Below the pieces are notes generated by a model. It was not told where the DNA came from, ran no database searches, and saw nothing but the letters and a program-made list of their open reading frames with translations. From assembly GCF_902713615.1 (NCBI RefSeq), contig NW_024055493.1:124001-188000 (forward strand): a DNA stretch of 64,000 nt. The letters run 5' to 3'. The DNA comes from Scyliorhinus canicula (Eukaryota). The position numbers were made by a program, and so were the translations under genes. Of the stretch, positions 59,455 through 64,000 are shown in pieces (the first letter of the stretch is position 1; each line of letters opens with the position of its first letter).

Positions 59455-61225
59455 CGATACAAACACATACACACTCTCACTCTCTCACTCGCTATTTCTC
59501 TTACATCCTCACACAAACGAATTCTCTCACGCGCATAATCACAATACTTCTTTCAAATATACACACTGTGCCTCACACACAATCACACACTCACAATCTC
59601 ACTCTCAGACACACTGTGATGATCTCTCACTCACGCGCTCTCACTCACACACGCTCTATCTCACACGCACTCTCTTTCACCAAATCTCTGACACACTTTG
59701 CCTCACTCTCACACCCACTCTCAAATGCACAGGCCGTCTCTCTCCCTCACCTACAAGCATAATCGCTCTTCAAACGTAGCATTTTTTTCTTTCAGGCTCT
59801 CTCTCACACATATTCCCTCTTATATACATATACAATATCTCAGACGCACACAAACTCACCAACACATTATTACTCTCTCACTCTCTCGCTTACACGCTCT
59901 CTCAAACGTGCACCCTGGCACATGCCCTCTCTCTCTCTCTCTCATGGACACTGTCTCATTCTCTCTCTCTGTTGACAAACAAACTATTTCTCTCTTTCAG
60001 GCATGCAGTATCTCACACTCTCACACATTCTCTCTCTCTCTGACACACACACTCTCTCATCCGCACATTCTTTCTCTCACACACTCCCTCTCTATGGCAG
60101 ACACACTATCTCAGACACACAGATCTCTCTCTCCCACACACAGTCTCACATCCATAATCGCTCTTCAAACAGAATCATTCCTTATTTCACACACATAATC
60201 TCAAACATACTATCTCTCTCCCTTTCTCTCACACACACTTCCACAGACACAAACACGCACCCGGTCACACACATACATTCTCTCACCTGCTCGCTCTCAT
60301 GCACATTGTGTCACGTGCCTCTCTCAAACAATCTCTCTCTTTCGCACATGCACACTCTCATACACAAACACATACATACTCACACAAGCACTTATTTCTC
60401 TCTCTGACACACACTGGTACATACATACCTCGTGAACACACTTTCTTTCACTCAAACACAGACATGTTGAGGGCATTTAAAAGTTTATTGGATAAGCATA
60501 TGGATGATAATGGCATCGTGTAGGTTAGATGGCCTTTAGTTTTTGACTTCCCATGTCGGTGCAACATCGTGGGCTGAAGGGCCTGTACTGCGCTGTATCG
60601 TTCTATGTTCTATGTTCTATGTTCTTTGGCATACTCTATCACATGTTCTCAGAAACACACAAACGTGCCCACACATTCTGTCTCTCTCTGACACACGTGG
60701 TCTCTCTCTCACTGTCTGAGGTACACACCCACGTGCTCTCTAATCTCTCACACACACTCACATACACACACAATCTCGAATTCACGCACACAATCTTCCC
60801 ATTACACACTCTCACACACATTGCCTCTCTCACTCACACACAAAATCTCTCTCACACACATCCCCTCACACATACTTACACAGAAACTCTCCCTTGCAAA
60901 TTATTTTATTCTCCCTCTAACACCTATCTCACATACATACACGTACTCGGTCTCTCTCACACACACAGGAACACACACATAGGGGCACACAGGAACACAC
61001 ACATATGTTCAAACACACATACTCAGGAGCACACGCACACACATCACACACACAGCAGCACACAAACAGGAACAGATACACACACTCACAGACACACAGT
61101 AACATGCACAAGGGGATACAGAGGGACACACACACACACACAGGGACAGACACACGCTCACACACACACACATGAACACCTAGGAACACGCACACAGGGA
61201 TACACACACACAAGAACGCACAGAC
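59455..61225. repeat. Degenerate (CA)/(CT) low-complexity tract, ~1.8 kb
   Basis: The + strand is almost G-free over long stretches. Internal duplicate CATAATCGCTCTTCAAAC at ~59758 and ~60153. Interrupted by a CR1 3' end. Confidence 0.9.
60465..60623 (+). mobile_element. CR1/HER1-type extreme 3' end
   Basis: LRAFKSLLDKHMDDNGIV* followed by GTCGGTGCAACATCGTGGGCTGAAGGGCCTGTACTGCGCTGT..(GTTCTAT)n. Confidence 0.88.
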
Positions 61226-61834
61226 AGCTGAGTGTGACTGTTCGTGACATCAAGGCAACATTTGAACCAGTGTTGCATCAAGGACCCCGAACAAAACTGA
61301 AGTTTATGGGAATCGGGGGAAATTCCCCGCTGGTTTGAGTCATACCGAGTGGAAAGAAAGATGGTTTCGATTGTTGGAGATCAATCATCTCAGTTCCAGG
61401 ACATCACTGCAGGGGTTCCTCAGTGTTGGCCCCATCATCTTTAGCTGCTTCAGCAATGACCTTCCAAAAGTCAGAAATGGGGATTTTGGCTGATCATTGA
61501 ACGATGTTCAGCACCATTCATGACTCCGCAGTTACTGAAGCAGTCCATTGCTAAATGCAGCCAGATCTGGACTATATCCAGGCTTGGGCTGACAAGGGGA
61601 AAGGAACATTCGCACCAGACAAGTGCACGCAATGGACATCTCAAACAAGCGAAGATCGAACGATCACCCCATGCCATTCAATGGAATTACCATCGCTGAA
61701 TGTCCTGCTGACCATTGACCAGAAACTGAACTGGACTCGCCATATACACTGTGTGGCTGTGACAAGAGGTCAGAGACTCGGAATTCTGCAACAAAAACAC
61801 CTCCTGATGCCCCAAATCTTGTCCACCATCTGCA

Positions 61835-61964
61835 ACACCAGGTTAAAGTCCAACAGGTTTGTTTGGAATCCCTAGCTTTCAGAGCGCAGCTCCTTCATCA
61901 GGTGAGTCACCTGAGTGAGACTTCTTACTGTGCTCACCCCAGTCCAACGCCGGCATCTCCATAT
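61835..61964. mobile_element. 130-bp miniature Penelope pLTR fold-back
   Basis: 11-bp TSD CACCATCTGCA (61824-61834, 61965-61975). Central palindrome TCAGGTGA-G-TCACCTGA (61898-61914). Ends with the PLE tail CTGTGCTCACCCCAGTCCAACGCCGGCATCTCC. Confidence 0.85.
61870..61904 (-). ncRNA. Minimal type I hammerhead ribozyme motif (core intact, stem I weakened)
   Basis: The - strand reads CAC-CUGAUGA-A-GGAGC-UGC-GCUCU-GAA-AGCU-A-GGG. Confidence 0.6.
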
Positions 61965-62690
61965 CACCATCTGCATGGCACATTCAGGAGTGTGATGGAA
62001 TACTCTCCACTTGTCTGGATGAATGCAGCTCCAATGACACAAAAGTAGCCCGCTTGATTGGCACACCATCGACAACCACTCCCTCCCTCCACCACTGAGG
62101 AACACTGGCAGCAGTGTGTAACACCTACAACATGCTCTGAAGGAACTGGTCATGGCTGCTTGGACGGCACCTTCAAAACTCACAACAGCACCATCTGTAC
62201 AAGGACAGCAGACACATGGGAACATCACCAACTGGAATTTCTCCATCAAGCCTCTCACATTGTTCCTTCACTGTCCATGATTCAAAATTCTGGAGCTGCC
62301 TCCCAAACACCACATGGACTGCAGTGGTTGAAGAATGAAGCTCACCACCACCTTCTCAAGGGCAATGAGGGATGGGAAATAAATGCTGGCCCAGCCAGAG
62401 ACGTCTGCATCACAAGAATTAAGAAAACACACTCTCTGACACAATATGACAATAATTTTACGGCCTGAAATTGCCATTTTCAACATGAAAATCTATTAAG
62501 TTGCAGGATGGTTCATTGTTCCAGTTCCGAATTGTTTTGTACAGAATGAAATTACACCGACATTAAAGCAGCTGTCCAGTGATCTACACTGCTGTCTGAT
62601 TTTACACAGCCGGTGTTACTGAAAGTATTAAAGCAGCTGCCCAGTGATCTACACTGCTGTCTGACTGTACACAGCCGGTGTTACTGAAGT

Positions 62691-63290
62691 AGAGATGCCG
62701 GCGTTGGACTGGGGTGAGCACAGTAAGAAGTCTTACAACACCAGGTTAAAGTCCAACAGGTTTGTTTCAAACACGAGCTTTCGGAGCACGGCTCCTTCGG
62801 GCATCGTGCGACTATCAACAGGCAGGACTGTTCCCTTCCAGTTGGGGAACACTTCAGCAGTCAAGGACATTCAGCCTCTGATCTCCGGGTCAGCATTCTA
62901 CAAGGAGGCCTTCAGGAGACGCGACAACGCAAAATTGCTGAGCAAAAACTTATAGCTAAGTTCCGCACGCATGAATGCGGACTCAACCGGGATCTGGGAT
63001 TCATGTTGCATTACATTCGGCCCCCACCAACAAGCCTGGACTTGCAGAGGCCTACCGACTGAACTGGCTTGGGACAATTCACACCTCTTTAACCTGGAGT
63101 TACCTCTCTCTCTGCATCTTTGATGATTTGATTGCCTGCAGGTGCTCGCATTCCGGGGCATCTCTGACTGTGTCTATATAAACATTTCTGGAACAAGCCT
63201 TTCCATTCACCTGAAGAAGGAGCCGTGCTCCGAAAGCTCGTGTTTGAAACAAACCTGTTGGACTTTAACCTGGTGTTGTAAGACTTCTTA
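62691..63290 (+). mobile_element. Penelope-like element (PLE3): GIY-YIG C-terminus + pLTR with a short inverted arm
   Basis: HRATINRQDCSLPVGEHFS..QKLIAKFRTHECGLNRDLG from ~62800. A ~75-bp perfect inverted repeat links ~62722-62798 and ~63216-63290. CGGTGTTACTGAA is repeated at 62676-62688 and 63291-63303 (TSD-like, ambiguous inside the array). Confidence 0.92.
63208..63242 (+). ncRNA. Minimal type I hammerhead ribozyme motif, intact
   Basis: CAC-CUGAAGA-A-GGAGC-CGU-GCUCC-GAA-AGCU-C-GUG: full core, perfect 5-bp stem II, palindromic AGCU stem III and 3-bp stem I. Predicted cleavage after C63239. Confidence 0.75.
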
Positions 63291-63810
63291 CGGTGTTACT
63301 GAAAGTATTAAAGCTGCTGCCCAGTGATCTACACTGCTGTCTGACTGTACACAGCCGGTGTTACTGACAGTATTAAAGCAGCTGCCCAGTGATCTACACT
63401 GCTGTCTGACTGTACACAGCCGGTGTTACTGAAAGTATTAAAGCAGCTGCCCAGTGATCTACACTGCTGTCTGACTGTACACAGCCGGTGTTACTGAATG
63501 TATTAAAGCAGCTGCACAGTGATCTACACTGCTGTCTGACTGTACACAGCCGGGGTTACTGAAAGTATTAAAGCTGCTGCCCAGTGATCTACACTGCTGT
63601 CTGACTGTACACAGCCGGTGTTACTGAAAGCTGATCAATGTGTAGAATCAGGACAGGATGGATGGAGAGGAAGAGGAGGAGGTGGGGGTGGTGCAGCCGA
63701 ATGGAGGAGCCCCCAGCTCGGCTGTGGACAACAGACAAGAGAAAGCTGAGCCTGAGCGGAATCTCATCCAGAGAAACATCGCCCGGCTTGGCCAGGAGTA
63801 CCTGAATGAT

Positions 63811-64000
63811 CACTCATTCACCCTCACTCACACTCACTCACCGTCACTCACACTCACTCACACTCACTCACACTCACCCACACTCACTCACACTCACCCA
63901 CCGTCACTCACACTCACCCACCGTCACTCACACTCACCCACACTCACTCACACTCACTCACTGTCACTCACACTCACTCACGCTCACTCACCATCACTCT
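63811..64000. repeat. (CACT)n-type microsatellite running off the window
   Basis: Direct reading. Confidence 0.92.

Larger units (their letters stand above)
61265..62425 (+). mobile_element. Second-family LINE (CR1/L2 group) RT-3' fragment, decayed, with a mini-PLE inside
   Basis: Remnants of AGVPQ.SVLGP.IF, MQPDLDYIQAWADK, TIDQKLNWT.HI, RSVMEYSPLVWM and EAHHHLLKGN. Confidence 0.8.
62562..63630 (+). repeat. 65-bp tandem array (7 units), split by PLE3
   Basis: Unit ATTAAAGCAGCTGCCCAGTGATCTACACTGCTGTCTGACTGTACACAGCCGGTGTTACTGAAAGT. Two units at 62562-62690 and five at 63307-63630. Confidence 0.95.

Noticed and set aside
59381-61338. His/Thr/Ser/Leu-rich ORFs up to 261 aa
   Set aside because: Translations of (CA)/(CT) low-complexity DNA.
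63515-63521. CACAGTG heptamer in unit 6 of the 65-bp array (and CACAGCC in each unit)
   Set aside because: No nonamer at 12 or 23 nt, and the other units have CCCAGTG/TCCAGTG, so this is a point variant.

Overview
Eukaryotic genomic DNA from a cartilaginous fish. The repeat families point to a shark and probably a catshark-like species, but that assignment is inference. The only host gene I can support is an unrearranged (germline) immunoglobulin heavy-chain minilocus of the shark IgM type on the + strand: leader exon (53802-53859), VH (53988-54295), D1 (54725-54739), D2 (55116-55125) and JH (55515-55562). It has a complete 23 / 12-22 / 12-12 / 23 set of recombination signals. No constant-region exon is visible, so 55563-64000 is presumed J-C intron. 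The rest is layered retroelement sequence. It includes a full-length L1 (3402-10648, 15-bp TSD) nested in a CR1, a near-complete CR1 ORF2 nested in an older CR1, four Penelope-like insertions with 10-13-bp TSDs, a solo LTR, several SINE families, a ~5.5-6 kb tandem segmental duplication (33400-44950), minisatellites and one 166-nt assembly gap. The highlights are: (1) minimal type I hammerhead ribozymes in the Penelope pseudo-LTRs, including an intact copy on the sense strand of the presumed IgH intron; (2) a 65-bp tandem array with an AGCT in every unit in that intron, a possible switch-like region; (3) a poly(A)-tailed V-SINE subfamily with L1-type long TSDs, suggesting a change of partner LINE; (4) triplicated degenerate units directly behind JH. 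Coordinates were read by eye, and boundaries of old repeats are approximate.
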